A DNA stretch of 64,000 nucleotides from Dehalococcoidia bacterium (lineage in GTDB: Bacteria > Chloroflexota > Dehalococcoidia > UBA2979): NCBI GenBank assembly GCA_965226785.1, contig CBDDEC010000003.1, positions 387,205-451,204 on the forward strand, given 5' to 3'. Position numbers and translations under genes: made by a program. How positions within the stretch are numbered: the first letter of the stretch is position 1; each line of letters begins with the position of its first letter. Positions 39,756 through 52,267 of the stretch are shown piece after piece. Under the pieces are notes generated by a model. It did no database searches, had not been told where the DNA came from, and worked only from the letters and a program-made list of their open reading frames with translations.

Positions 39756-40570
39756 TTACCGCGCCGCCTCCTCGAGCGCCGGCTCGGGGCCGGCGCGGGC
39801 GCCAAAGAAGCGACGCACGGAGGGGTATCCGACGTTCTGCATCCAGAGCGCGATAGCGAAGCCCGCGAGCGCGGCCACCACGCCCGTCACGCCGTCGAAG
39901 ATGTAGTGGTTCGCGGTCGCCACGACGGCGACGGTCTGCAAAACGGCCGTTACCACTGACGCCAGCCGTAGCAGCCAGTTCCCCGTCGCGAGGAAGACGG
40001 CGATCACCAGCAGCAGCGCCCAGCCCACATGCAGCGACGGCACGGCGGCGAACGGGTTCACGAACGGCTTCGTCGACTGCGCCTGGTAGGCGAGGTCGGA
40101 GAACTGCTCGAGGGTGTCGACGAACCCCCACTCCGGCAGGAACCGCGGTGGCGCCACCGGGAACGACCAGTAGAGGACGAGCGCGATTCCGCCCGAGATC
40201 AGCAGCGAGTCGCGGAGCAACGTGTAGTGGTTGCGGCTGCGCCAGAACAGCAGCAACCCGACCGCGATGATCAGCGGGAAGTCGAGCCAGAAGTACACGA
40301 AGTTGAAGAGGCGGACGAGAATCTCCGACTCGAGCGCCCAGCGATTGATCTCCGGCTCAATGAACAAGCCGATCGACGATTGCATCTCGATGATCCACCG
40401 CGCGTTCGCGAGCGCGTCACCGGTGCGATCGACGACGCTACCGCGGACGAGGAAGTAAGCCAGGAAGCTGAGCGCCACGAGACCGATCTCGACGAGGTCG
40501 AACCAGACGAGGCCCGTCCGGTCAGGCGCGGTCACGCCGTGCAGGTACCGGTAGATCCGCTGCCGCATGC
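39756..40570 (-). CDS. PAP2-superfamily membrane phosphatase
   Basis: Six TM helices. C-terminal PSLHVGWALL motif (PAP2 motif 3, SGH-like). Internal ATG (MRQRIYRY) chosen because the longer ORF overlaps pepA. Confidence 0.7.
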
Positions 40571-40709
40571 ACCTGCTCCAACCCGATCCCCACCGCCGAC
40601 CGATGATAGCAACGCCCGCACCCTGCGCCGGTCCGTCCGTCCTCGATCGGCAGCGATGCGGCACGTATGCTCGGCGCGCGCGAGGCACGAAGCAGACGGG
40701 GGAGCCGCT

Positions 40710-42215
40710 ATGAACATCAGCGTCGTCACGGGCAGCCTGACCGACCAGCGCGCCGACACCTACGTCGTGCAGGTCGCCGAGGGCACGCGACGCCTCAGCG
40801 GCCACGCCGCCGAGGTCGATGGCGCAGTGCGCGGCACCATCTCGGCGATGCTCTCGGCCGGGCAGATCACCGGCAAGTCAGGCGAGGTCACCGTCATCCC
40901 CTCGCCCGGTCGCCGGCCGCGCGCCGACCGCGTGGTCGTGGTCGGCATCGGCAAGCGCGACTCCGTCAACGTCGAGGGCATCCGCACCCGCGTCGGTAAC
41001 GCCTCGCGGCGGCTGCGCGACCTCAACGCCGGCACGCTCGCGATCTCGACGCAGCTCCCCGCGTCACTCGTTGACCCGACGGAGGTCGGCCAGGCGATCG
41101 CGGAGGGCCTGATCCTCGGCCTCTACCGCTTCGACCGGCACCACACGAAGGCGGCCGACCGGCCGACGCACAAGCTCGGTGACGTCACGCTCGTCCAGCC
41201 CGCGCAGCGTCGCGCCAATGCGATCGGGCGCGGCGTCGAGGTGGGCACGGCGATCGCGGAGGCGACGTGCCTCGCCCGCGACCTCGAGAACGAACCCGCG
41301 AACCTGATGACGCCGACGATCGTGGCGCAGCGCGCACAGCAGATCGCGACCGAGGGCGGCCTCGAGTGCCGCATCATCGAGCGCGCCGAGGCGGAGCGCC
41401 TCGGGATGGGCTCCTACCTCTCCGTCTCGAACGGATCCGTCCAGCCGCCGAAGTTCATCGTCCTCACCTACCGCGGCACCAGGAGTCGCAACTTCCTCGG
41501 GCTGGTCGGCAAGGGCATCACGTTTGACTCCGGCGGCATCTCGCTGAAGCCGGGCGCGGGGATGGAGTCGATGAAGGCCGACATGTCCGGCGCCGCCACC
41601 GTGCTGGCGACGATGCAGGCGATCGGGACCCTCAAGCCCTCCGTCAATGTCATGAGCATCACGCCCTGTACCGAGAACATGCCCAGCGGCTCCGCCACCA
41701 AGCCCGGCGATGTCGTCTACGCGATGGACGGCCAGTCGATCGAGGTCATCAACACTGACGCCGAGGGCCGCCTGGTGCTCGCCGACGGCATCGCCTTCGC
41801 CAGGTCTGAGGGCTGCAACGCCATCATCGACGTGGCGACGCTGACGGGCGCGATGAGCGTGGCGCTCGGCAACGTGCGCACCGGCGTCTTCGCCAACAAC
41901 GACCGGCTCTGGGGCGAGCTCGAACGCGCCTCGGGCGTTACGGGCGAAAAGCTCTGGCGCATGCCGCTCGACGCGGAGTACACGCGGCAGATCAAGTCCG
42001 ATGTCGCCGACCTGAAGAACACCGGCGGCCGTGGCGCTGGTTCGATCACCGCGGCGAAGTTCCTCCAGTCGTTCGCGGGCGATACGCCATGGGCGCACAT
42101 GGACATCGCCGGCACGATGAGCGTCGGCGGCAACCGCGGGGTGCTCGTGAAGGGCATGAGCGGCATCCCGGTGCGCACCCTGGTGCAACTGGTGCGCAGC
42201 CGCTCGCGCAACTAG
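40710..42215 (+). CDS. pepA: Leucyl aminopeptidase (M17)
   Basis: NTDAEGRLVLADGIAFA active-site signature. Upstream motif GKGITFDSGGISLK. The ATG at 40710 is the real start. The 5' ORF extension overlaps the PAP2 gene. Confidence 0.92.
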   Translation: MNISVVTGSLTDQRADTYVVQVAEGTRRLSGHAAEVDGAVRGTISAMLSAGQITGKSGEVTVIPSPGRRPRADRVVVVGIGKRDSVNVEGIRTRVGNASRRLRDLNAGTLAISTQLPASLVDPTEVGQAIAEGLILGLYRFDRHHTKAADRPTHKLGDVTLVQPAQRRANAIGRGVEVGTAIAEATCLARDLENEPANLMTPTIVAQRAQQIATEGGLECRIIERAEAERLGMGSYLSVSNGSVQPPKFIVLTYRGTRSRNFLGLVGKGITFDSGGISLKPGAGMESMKADMSGAATVLATMQAIGTLKPSVNVMSITPCTENMPSGSATKPGDVVYAMDGQSIEVINTDAEGRLVLADGIAFARSEGCNAIIDVATLTGAMSVALGNVRTGVFANNDRLWGELERASGVTGEKLWRMPLDAEYTRQIKSDVADLKNTGGRGAGSITAAKFLQSFAGDTPWAHMDIAGTMSVGGNRGVLVKGMSGIPVRTLVQLVRSRSRN

Positions 42216-42249
42216 CCCGCGAGGGCTCGAAGGCCGAAGGAGGTTCGCC

Positions 42250-42651
42250 ATGACCCTGCGCCGCCTCGTCTTCCCGCTGCAGCGCCGCCCGGAGCTGTCG
42301 CGAGAGGAGTTCCAGCGCTACTGGCGCGAGGACCATGCGCCGCTGGTCCGCAGCCACGCACGCACGCTGGGGATCCAGCGCTATGTGCAGGTGCACACCG
42401 ACCTCGACGCCGAAACGGATCCCGGCCGCGCCGCGCGCAACGGGGCGCCACCGCACGACGGCGTCGCCGAACTCTGGATCGACACCGACCTGGCCGCGGG
42501 CACGATCGAGGAACGCCGCGCAGCCGCCGCCGAGCTGCTCGAGGACGAGGCGAAGTTCATCGACCTCGAGGCTTCGCCGTTCTTCTACGGCACCGAGCGC
42601 ACCATCGTGGACGAGCTCGGCTGGACCGATGCTGAAGCGGACCCCGTTTAA
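42250..42651 (+). CDS. EthD-like (dimeric alpha+beta barrel) domain protein
   Basis: About 130 aa. The pattern LSREEFQRYWREDHAPLV is typical of the EthD family. Tentative. Confidence 0.5.
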   Translation: MTLRRLVFPLQRRPELSREEFQRYWREDHAPLVRSHARTLGIQRYVQVHTDLDAETDPGRAARNGAPPHDGVAELWIDTDLAAGTIEERRAAAAELLEDEAKFIDLEASPFFYGTERTIVDELGWTDAEADPV

Positions 42652-42660
42652 GCTGGCACC

Positions 42661-43041
42661 ATGAGCGACCAAATCATCCAGGTCGGCGGCGTCATCTTCT
42701 GGACCGAGCGCGCCCGCTTCACGGCGATGCGCGACTTCTACGTCGAGACGATCGGCCTCACACCCCGCTCGGATCGCGACGGCTTCGTCAACTTCTCCTG
42801 GGGCGAGGGCGCTGCAGAGTTTCGACTCACGATTTCCGTGCACACCGACGTCCGGGGCTCGACCACGGAACCGCTGCGTCAGATGCTGAACCTGACCGTC
42901 GAGGACATCCACGCTTCTCACGCGCGGCTGGCTGGCCTCGGAGTCACCTTCTCGCGCCCACCGGACCAGGAGTCATGGGGCGGCTGGGTCGCAACCTTCT
43001 CCGACCCGGACGGCAACACGGTGCAGCTGCTGAAGCCATAG
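42661..43041 (+). CDS. VOC/glyoxalase-bleomycin-resistance family protein
   Basis: Paired beta-alpha-beta-beta-beta module pattern, C-terminal DPDGNTVQL. Confidence 0.7.
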   Translation: MSDQIIQVGGVIFWTERARFTAMRDFYVETIGLTPRSDRDGFVNFSWGEGAAEFRLTISVHTDVRGSTTEPLRQMLNLTVEDIHASHARLAGLGVTFSRPPDQESWGGWVATFSDPDGNTVQLLKP

Positions 43042-43069
43042 CCGCGCCGCCAACGCAGCAGGGGGCCTC

Positions 43070-43627
43070 GTGCGTATCGGCATCGACTTCGACGGCACCT
43101 TCGCCGACGTCGTGCAGGGAAAGATCGCCCTGGCGCGTGAGCTGTTCGCGATCGAGCTCCCACCTGACCGCACCTGGCCCGCCGAGGCCGCCTCGGTGAT
43201 CGGCGAGGAGCGGTATGCACTCCTGGAGGGCGTGCTCTACGGCACAAGCCGCACCAGCGAGATCCCGCCGGTGGACGGGTCCGTCGAAGTGTCGCGCCGC
43301 CTCGCCGAGCACCACGAGCTGATCGTCCTCACCGCCCGCACCGACAAGGAGCGCGGTCCCGCCGAGGCCTGGATCGAGCGTCACGCGGTGCCGATCACCC
43401 GCTTCATCCACACCAACCGCGCACCGAAGCCCCCCGTCTGCGCCGAGCTGGGCATCGACATCCTGCTCGACGACTGGGAGCACAGCTTCGTCGACATGCG
43501 CGAGGAGACCGTTTCGGTGCTCCTCGACCAGCCGCACAACCAGCGACCGGTCGAACCACACATCACCCGCGTCGCCAACTGGCACGCGTTCGAAGCACTG
43601 GTGGGGGAGCTTGCGGGGCGTGGCTAA
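43070..43627 (+). CDS. HAD-superfamily 5'(3')-deoxyribonucleotidase-like protein
   Basis: MRIGIDFDGTFADVV (DxDGT motif I) ... LTART ... DDWEH motif IV region. NT5C-like length. Confidence 0.7.
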   Translation: MRIGIDFDGTFADVVQGKIALARELFAIELPPDRTWPAEAASVIGEERYALLEGVLYGTSRTSEIPPVDGSVEVSRRLAEHHELIVLTARTDKERGPAEAWIERHAVPITRFIHTNRAPKPPVCAELGIDILLDDWEHSFVDMREETVSVLLDQPHNQRPVEPHITRVANWHAFEALVGELAGRG

Positions 43628-43763
43628 CCACCGCCCACACAGAATTAGCGGCCAGACGACGATCACGCCGCCGTTGCGTAGCCTGCGCTACCCGCAGCCG
43701 CCGCGAGCAGGATCGCGACGCCGAGTACGTCGGAGAGCGACACGGTCGAGGGATCCTCGGACG

Positions 43764-44996
43764 CTAGTCGAGCAGCGCCGCGGCGCGGTCGAGCACGCGC
43801 ATTGCGACGTCATACTTCGACATCAGCGGTAGGTCCTCGCGACCCCCCGTGTCGTCGAGGATGGTGACGCGGTTGGTGTCGACGGCGAAGCCGGCGTCGG
43901 AGGCTGTGACATCGTTGGCGACGATCAGGCGCGCGCCCTTGGCCTGTAGCTTCTGTGCGGCGTTGTTGATCAGGTCGTCGGTTTCGGCGGCGAAGGCGAC
44001 CTTGAGCGCCGGCGAGTCGAGGCTGGCAATGATATCGGCGTTCTCTTTGAGCTCGATGGTGAGTCGGTCGCCCTCGCGGTCGCCTCGTTTGATCTTGCGC
44101 TCGGCAGCATCGACCGGGCTGTAATCGGCGACCGCGCCCGCCATCAGCACAAGCTCCGCGCCACCGTCGGCCGGATCGCACGCCGAAGCGAGCGCCGCTT
44201 CCATCTCCGCATGCGATGTCGCCGCGATCAGTTCAACGCCGACCGGCGTCGGGCGATCGACGGTCGAGATCAACAGCACACGCGCGCCGCGGTCCCGCGC
44301 CGCCTCCGCGAGCGCATAGCCCTGCTTGCCGGAGGAGTGGTTCGACAGATAGCGGACGGGGTCGATCGCCTCGCGGGTGCCGCCGGCGGTAACGGCCACG
44401 GTGCGCCCGGCGAGGTCGCCACGCTCGCGCCCGAGACGCCAACGCATCGCTTCGGCAATCTCGGCGGGCTCGACCAGGCGACCGGAGCCGACACGGCCGG
44501 AGGCGAGCCGGCCCTCGGTCGGGCCGATGAACTCGACGCCACGCGCCAGCAGCGTCTGGTGGTTGGCCTGCACGGCCGCGTGCTCCCACATCTGCGCGTC
44601 CATCGCCGGCGCCACCAGCAACGGTGCCTGGGTCGCAATCGCCGTCAGCGACACGAAGTCGTCGGCGATGCCGTGGGCGAGGCGCCCGAGGGTGCTCGCG
44701 GTGGCAGGCGCGATCAGCATGAGGTCAGCGCGACGCGCCAGCTCGACGTGGGCCTCGCCGAACTCCCCGTGTGGGCGGAACATCTCGACGTAGGGCTCGC
44801 GCTGCGTGAGTGCGCGGAAGGTGAGCGGCCGGATGAACTCGGTTGCCGCGGGAGTCATCGCCACATCGACGATCGCGCCGGACTGGACCAAGCGGCTGGC
44901 CACCTCGACTGCCTTGTAGCAGGCGATCGAGCCCGTCACGCCGAGCACAATCTGCCGCCCGCTGAGCGGGCCGCCTGGGGTCGGGGCGGTGGTCAT
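43764..44996 (-). CDS. coaBC: Bifunctional phosphopantothenoylcysteine decarboxylase / phosphopantothenate-cysteine ligase
   Basis: N-terminal flavoprotein domain (RQIVLGVTGSIACYKAVEVASRLVQSGA) and C-terminal CoaB domain. Internal ATG chosen (MTTAPT). Confidence 0.92.
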   Translation of the reverse strand: MTTAPTPGGPLSGRQIVLGVTGSIACYKAVEVASRLVQSGAIVDVAMTPAATEFIRPLTFRALTQREPYVEMFRPHGEFGEAHVELARRADLMLIAPATASTLGRLAHGIADDFVSLTAIATQAPLLVAPAMDAQMWEHAAVQANHQTLLARGVEFIGPTEGRLASGRVGSGRLVEPAEIAEAMRWRLGRERGDLAGRTVAVTAGGTREAIDPVRYLSNHSSGKQGYALAEAARDRGARVLLISTVDRPTPVGVELIAATSHAEMEAALASACDPADGGAELVLMAGAVADYSPVDAAERKIKRGDREGDRLTIELKENADIIASLDSPALKVAFAAETDDLINNAAQKLQAKGARLIVANDVTASDAGFAVDTNRVTILDDTGGREDLPLMSKYDVAMRVLDRAAALLD

Positions 44997-45784
44997 TCGT
45001 TTACCTCGTAGACCAGGCGCAGACCGTCGAGGTTGAGGTCGTTCTCGATCGCGTCGAAGCACCCCGCCTCTGACGCCACCATGTCGGCGTAGCCGCCAGT
45101 GGCCACGACAGTGGCATCTTCGCCGACCTCCTCGCGGAAGCGCCGCACCATGCCGCGCACCATCTCGACGTAGCCGAAGAAGATGCCGGCCTGCAGCGAG
45201 TGGACCGTATTGCGCCCGATCGCGGTTTCCGGCTGCTCGAGGCGCACGCGCTGCAACATCGCCCCACGGTCAAAGAGCGCCTGTGAGGCGATGCCGATGC
45301 CCGGCGCGATCGCACCGCCGAGGTAATCGCCCTCCCTCGACAGCGCGTCGAAGACGAGCGCGGTCCCGAGGTCGACGATGATCAGCGGCGGGTCGTAGCG
45401 ATCGAGGGCGGCCACCGCGTGAAGGATGCGGTCCGGGCCGACCTCGCGTGGGTTGTCGTAGAGCACGCGCACGCCGGTCTTGACGCCAGGGCCGACCACG
45501 AGCGCCTCGCACCCGAAGTAGTCGAGGCAGACCTGCTGGAACGTGCCGATCAGCGGCGGCACGGTGCAGGAGAGGATCGCGGCGTCGATGCTGTCGGGCT
45601 CGATGCCGCGACTCTGCACCAGACCACTGAGGAGGACGCCGTACTCGTCCGGCAGGTTCTCCTGGTCGGTAGCGATGCGGAAGGTCGCGGCCAGCTCGTC
45701 GCCATCGAAGACGCCGATGGCGACGGACGTGTTCCCGATGTCGATCGCCAGCAGGCGACGCGAGTCGCGGTCGGACTGTGTCAA
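44993..45784 (-). CDS. coaX: Type III pantothenate kinase
   Basis: LLAIDIGNTSVAIGVF ... ASKHD-family fold, about 260 aa. Overlaps coaBC by 4 bp. Confidence 0.9.
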   Translation of the reverse strand: MTQSDRDSRRLLAIDIGNTSVAIGVFDGDELAATFRIATDQENLPDEYGVLLSGLVQSRGIEPDSIDAAILSCTVPPLIGTFQQVCLDYFGCEALVVGPGVKTGVRVLYDNPREVGPDRILHAVAALDRYDPPLIIVDLGTALVFDALSREGDYLGGAIAPGIGIASQALFDRGAMLQRVRLEQPETAIGRNTVHSLQAGIFFGYVEMVRGMVRRFREEVGEDATVVATGGYADMVASEAGCFDAIENDLNLDGLRLVYEVNE

Positions 45785-46306
45785 GGGACGGCCCCGTCCT
45801 GATACGCCCCCGGCGGACCGGTGTGCGTTCCTGGGTGCACGTGCGAAGTGAGAGGGAGTATAGCCGCCGCGGGGTAGGTGAGGGACGGCAGACGCGGTCG
45901 TGGTCCGCCTGCTCGGGGTCCGAGGTCACCCCCGAGTGCCCGCCTTTGGGCTCATGATCGAGGGTGGAGAAATTGTTTTTCCGGGAATTCTCGTCGAGTC
46001 CACATAAGTTGCTTGATCCGCTAGAAACGGCGGTGCTACATTCCGCACCCGGTTGGCTGATTTCCGCCACTTGCGGTTCGGCGGACAGACAGCAGCCACC
46101 ATTGCGGTAGAAAACCCGCCTGAGGCTCGCGGGGCGTTGAGTTTGCTTCTTCTGCGACCAGTTATCGACAGATGTGCAACGTCTGTGGACAGTTGCTTGC
46201 GTGACTGTGTGTCATCTCGGGTCACTTTCGTGGATATCCAGCCTCACAGGCAAGACGGCGGCCGAAGTAACACGGCATCGATAGCGGGGAAGCGGGGTCC
46301 CAGCGC
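45785..46306. other. Non-coding region upstream of dnaA with degenerate DnaA boxes and a locally AT-rich patch (oriC candidate 1)
   Basis: TTATCgACA (about 46162), cTGTCCACA on the minus strand (about 46184), gagTCCACA (about 46000). AT-rich gagaaattgtttttccgggaattctc at about 45968-45997. Hand-placed positions may be off by 1 nt. Confidence 0.35.
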
Positions 46307-47671
46307 ATGCAGTCTGACCCTGGCCAACTCTGGCAAGCGGCGCTGAAGGATCTCGCGCAGCAGGTCAGCCGCGCCAACTTCGACACCTTCCTCGACGGCA
46401 CCGAGGGTCTGCGCCTGAACGAAGACGTGCTCAGCGTCGGCACCCGTTCGGAGTTCGTGACCGAGTGGCTGCAGCAGCGCTTGTTGCCTTCGGTCCTGCG
46501 TAGCGTGACGGACCTCGCCGGACGGGAGATCCGGGTCGAGTTCGAGCCCCTGCGCAACTGGGTTGACGCCGCCACACCGGCGGCGCTGCAGCCGACTGGC
46601 GACACGATGCTGGCGCCCAGCCAGCGGCAGGCCACCCCTCGACCGCGCCTGCGCGAGCGCTACAGCTTCGACAACTTCATCGTCGGCCCTGGCAACCGCC
46701 TGGCCTTCGCTGCCGCCGAGGGCATCGCGCAGACGCCGGGCCAGCTCTACAACCCGCTCTTCCTCTACGGCGCCGCCGGCCTCGGCAAAACGCACCTGCT
46801 GCACGCCGTCGGCCACAGTCTCGTCAGCCGCAAGGTCGATGTCGTGCTGATCAGCGCCGAGGCGTTCACGAACCAGCTGATCACCGCGATCCAGCAGCGC
46901 ACCATGGACGAGTTCCGCGCGCGCTACCGCTCGGCCGAGACCCTGCTCATGGACGACATCCAGTTCATCGCCGGTAAAGAGCAGACGCAGGAGGAGTTTT
47001 TCTACACCTTCAACGAGCTCTACGAGGCCGGCCACCAGATCGTAATCACCTCCGACAAGAGCCCGTCGCACATCCAGCACCTCGAAGAGCGCCTGCGCAC
47101 CCGCTTCGAGTGGGGCATGATCGCGGACCTGCAGGCGCCGGACATCGAGACCCGGATCGCGATCCTGCGGCACAAGGCCATTGAACAGCACGTCACAATC
47201 TCCGACGACGTCCTCCAGGTGATCGCTACGCGCTTCACGAACAATATTCGCGAACTGGAGGGCTCGCTGACCCGGGTGCTCGCTTACTCGCGCCTGACGA
47301 ACGAACCGCTGACGCCGGAGCTCGTGCACTCGGCGCTCGCCTCGCTCGAGCCAAACGAGCCGAGGCTGCCGCCCACGCCCGATCTGATCGTGCAGATGAT
47401 CTGCCGGTACTACGAACTCGAGCGCGACGCACTGATCTCGAAGAGTCGAGAGAAGCGCTTGGCCTACCCACGCCAGGTCGCGATGTACCTCATGCGCGAG
47501 CTGGCGCTGCGATCGCTCGTCGAGATCGGCCAGACCCTCGGCGGTCGCGACCATTCGACGGTCCACCACGGGGCCCGCAAGATCGAACGCTCACTCACGG
47601 TTGATCCTGAGACGAAGCGAGACGTGGCGAATCTGCGTGAGATGATCGAGAAGTCGCGCCGCGTCGCCTGA
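46307..47671 (+). CDS. dnaA: Chromosomal replication initiator protein DnaA
   Basis: AAA+ motifs (NPLFLYGAAGLGKTHLLHAVGH, Walker B, sensor). C-terminal DNA-binding domain (KIERSLTVDPETKRDVANLREMIE). Confidence 0.97.
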   Translation: MQSDPGQLWQAALKDLAQQVSRANFDTFLDGTEGLRLNEDVLSVGTRSEFVTEWLQQRLLPSVLRSVTDLAGREIRVEFEPLRNWVDAATPAALQPTGDTMLAPSQRQATPRPRLRERYSFDNFIVGPGNRLAFAAAEGIAQTPGQLYNPLFLYGAAGLGKTHLLHAVGHSLVSRKVDVVLISAEAFTNQLITAIQQRTMDEFRARYRSAETLLMDDIQFIAGKEQTQEEFFYTFNELYEAGHQIVITSDKSPSHIQHLEERLRTRFEWGMIADLQAPDIETRIAILRHKAIEQHVTISDDVLQVIATRFTNNIRELEGSLTRVLAYSRLTNEPLTPELVHSALASLEPNEPRLPPTPDLIVQMICRYYELERDALISKSREKRLAYPRQVAMYLMRELALRSLVEIGQTLGGRDHSTVHHGARKIERSLTVDPETKRDVANLREMIEKSRRVA

Positions 47672-50037
<2,366 letters not shown>

Positions 50038-50041
50038 AGCC

Positions 50042-50767
50042 TTACGCGGTGCGGACCGCCTCGGACGGGTCGAAGCCCTCGGGCGGTCGTCCGATCAGGA
50101 TCGAGGCGCGCGGGATCGGCGGCAGGAAGAACGGGCGCAGGTCGGCGTAGCGCACGAACGGGAACCCGGCGCGCTCGGCGAAACCTCGCAGCGTCTGGCT
50201 CGAGCGCAGCCGCGGTGCAGCGACGCCCGTCGAGATCGCGCGCGCGTTCCAGGCGTCGATGCGAGCGTTGCCGGTGGGGCCGAACTCCCAGACGACGGCA
50301 AGCCCTCCCACCTCGAGCACGCGCAGCAGTTCGACGAAGAGCGCGTTTAGCTCCGCGTCGTCGAGGTGCTTGGCCACATAGCTGCAGATTGCGAGCGTGA
50401 ATGTGTCCGCGGCGAACGGCAGCGCCAGGGCGCTGCCCTGCACGAGCGGCCGCTCCGCGTGGCCCTGGTCGCGAGCCGCCAGCCGCAGCATCGCCCGCGA
50501 GCCGTCGAGGCCGATCGGCGCGGTGGCCGGCTGGAGCTGCTCGTCGATCGCTCCCAGCAGCGCACCGCGGCCGCAGCCGATGTCGAGGATCCGCGCCCCC
50601 TCGTCGAGCTGCAGCTCTTCGTGCAGTCGCATCCCCGGACCGTTGACGAGCGGCAGCGCCTGCGGGCCGCTCAACCAGCGGAAGCCGATCGAGCTGAGCG
50701 AGCGGTGCCCGATCCAGTTCTCGAATTCGCGCATGCGCGCTGCGGCGTTACTCGATGCCTCGAACAT
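50042..50767 (-). CDS. Class I SAM-dependent methyltransferase
   Basis: ILDIGCGRGALLGA motif I. Acidic post-I residue. Methyltransf_11-like length. ATG at 50767 chosen (MFEASS). Confidence 0.75.
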   Translation of the reverse strand: MFEASSNAAARMREFENWIGHRSLSSIGFRWLSGPQALPLVNGPGMRLHEELQLDEGARILDIGCGRGALLGAIDEQLQPATAPIGLDGSRAMLRLAARDQGHAERPLVQGSALALPFAADTFTLAICSYVAKHLDDAELNALFVELLRVLEVGGLAVVWEFGPTGNARIDAWNARAISTGVAAPRLRSSQTLRGFAERAGFPFVRYADLRPFFLPPIPRASILIGRPPEGFDPSEAVRTA

Positions 50768-50855
50768 GCCGTCGATGGTGTCAGCGCGCCGGTCGAGATT
50801 CAACGGGAGCCGCTGTCTGCCTGGCGGCGGTAACATCGCGCGGCGCGAGGAGGCG

Positions 50856-52232
50856 ATGTCCGTGTCCGAGGCGATGGCGGAGCTTGAGGCCGATCTGCTG
50901 GAGTTCGTCGAGGCGCAGCGAGAGCGGCTCCACGTCCCGGGAGTGGCCGTCGGTGTGATCCGCGGCGACGAGGAGTGGTATCGAGGCTTCGGTGTCACGA
51001 ACGCCGATGCTCCGTCGCCGGTCGACGAAGCAACCCTGTTCCAGATCGGCTCCAACACTAAGACCTACGTCGCGACGGCGATCATGCGGGAGGTCGAAGC
51101 CGGTCGGGCTGACCTCGACGCCCCGCTCCGCGAGTACCTCCCCACCTTCGAGCTGGCCGAGGAGGGTATCGCAGCGCGTGTGACAGTGCGGCACCTGCTG
51201 ACGCATACGGGTGGCTGGGACGGCGACTGGCTGCTGGTGCATCCGCAGGGCGGCCGCAACGATGACGCGCTCGCTCGGTCGGTCGAAGCGATGCCGCAGG
51301 TGCCCATGCAGACGCAGCCGGGTTCGCTCTTCCACTACAACAACACCGGTTTCAGCCTCGCCGGTCGAATGCTCGAAGTCGTGCGCGATCAGCCGTTCGA
51401 GGAGGCGATGCGTGAGCTGCTGTTCACGCCGATCGGCCTCGGGCACTCCGTCTTCTTCGCGGACGAGGCGATCACCTACCGGGCCGTGGCCGGCCACATC
51501 GTGCGCGACGGAACGGCCGAGGTGGCGTCGCTGTGGGAGCTGCCCCGCTGTTCGTTCCCTGCGGGCGCTATCGCCTGCGACATCCGCGATCTGCTGCGCT
51601 GGGGTCGGTTCCAGCTCGACCGCGACCTCACCGCCGACGGTGAGCGGATCCTGACGGAGGCCTCCGTCGATGCATTGCACAGCCCGCAGGTCGACATCGG
51701 CGACGGCGCAGAGGCGGTGGGACTCTCCTGGATGCTCGGCCACGTCGACGGTGCGCGCACCGTGTCGCACTCCCGCGGTACGAACGGCCAGGTCTCGCTC
51801 CACACGGTCTACCCGGAACACGGCGCGGCGATCGGTATCGTCACCAACGCGAACACGGGCGGCGAACTAGCGCGCGACGTCATGCGCTTCCTCGAACGGC
51901 GGCTGCTCGGCCTCGAGTACCGCGCCCCCGAGCCGATCGATGCCGGCGACGCGCTCGAGGACTACGTCGGGATCTATGAGCGCGAGATGGTGCGGCTCGA
52001 GCTGACCCGCGACGGCGATCACCTGCTGGCGGAAGGCACCTCGCTGACGCGTCCGGAGGACTGGGAAGCCGCGCCGACTGCACCACCGGTCGCAGTCGGC
52101 CTGCTCGAGGATCGCGACGCGTTCATCGTCCTCGAGGGCGGCAACTCCGGCGGCCGCGGCCGCTTTATCCGCGACGCAGAGGGCGCGATCGAATGGCTGC
52201 GCTGGGGTGGGCGGCTGCACCGGCGGCAGTGA
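50856..52232 (+). CDS. Serine beta-lactamase-fold protein (class C / esterase-PBP family), paralog A
   Basis: FQIGSNTKTYVATAIM (SxxK), YxN-like and later box regions. ATG at 50856. The longer ORF-track start is rejected. Confidence 0.85.
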   Translation: MSVSEAMAELEADLLEFVEAQRERLHVPGVAVGVIRGDEEWYRGFGVTNADAPSPVDEATLFQIGSNTKTYVATAIMREVEAGRADLDAPLREYLPTFELAEEGIAARVTVRHLLTHTGGWDGDWLLVHPQGGRNDDALARSVEAMPQVPMQTQPGSLFHYNNTGFSLAGRMLEVVRDQPFEEAMRELLFTPIGLGHSVFFADEAITYRAVAGHIVRDGTAEVASLWELPRCSFPAGAIACDIRDLLRWGRFQLDRDLTADGERILTEASVDALHSPQVDIGDGAEAVGLSWMLGHVDGARTVSHSRGTNGQVSLHTVYPEHGAAIGIVTNANTGGELARDVMRFLERRLLGLEYRAPEPIDAGDALEDYVGIYEREMVRLELTRDGDHLLAEGTSLTRPEDWEAAPTAPPVAVGLLEDRDAFIVLEGGNSGGRGRFIRDAEGAIEWLRWGGRLHRRQ

Positions 52233-52267
52233 CCGCGCCGGCCCGTCCTCGGTGGTAGCGTGGCCGC

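Noticed and set aside
40029-40709. 5' extension of the pepA ORF (728-aa version)
   Set aside because: The extension overlaps the PAP2 gene on the opposite strand. M17 homology begins at the ATG at 40710.
50397-50855. 5' extension of the beta-lactamase-like ORF (611-aa version)
   Set aside because: The extension overlaps the minus-strand methyltransferase. Homology and the RBS context support the ATG at 50856.
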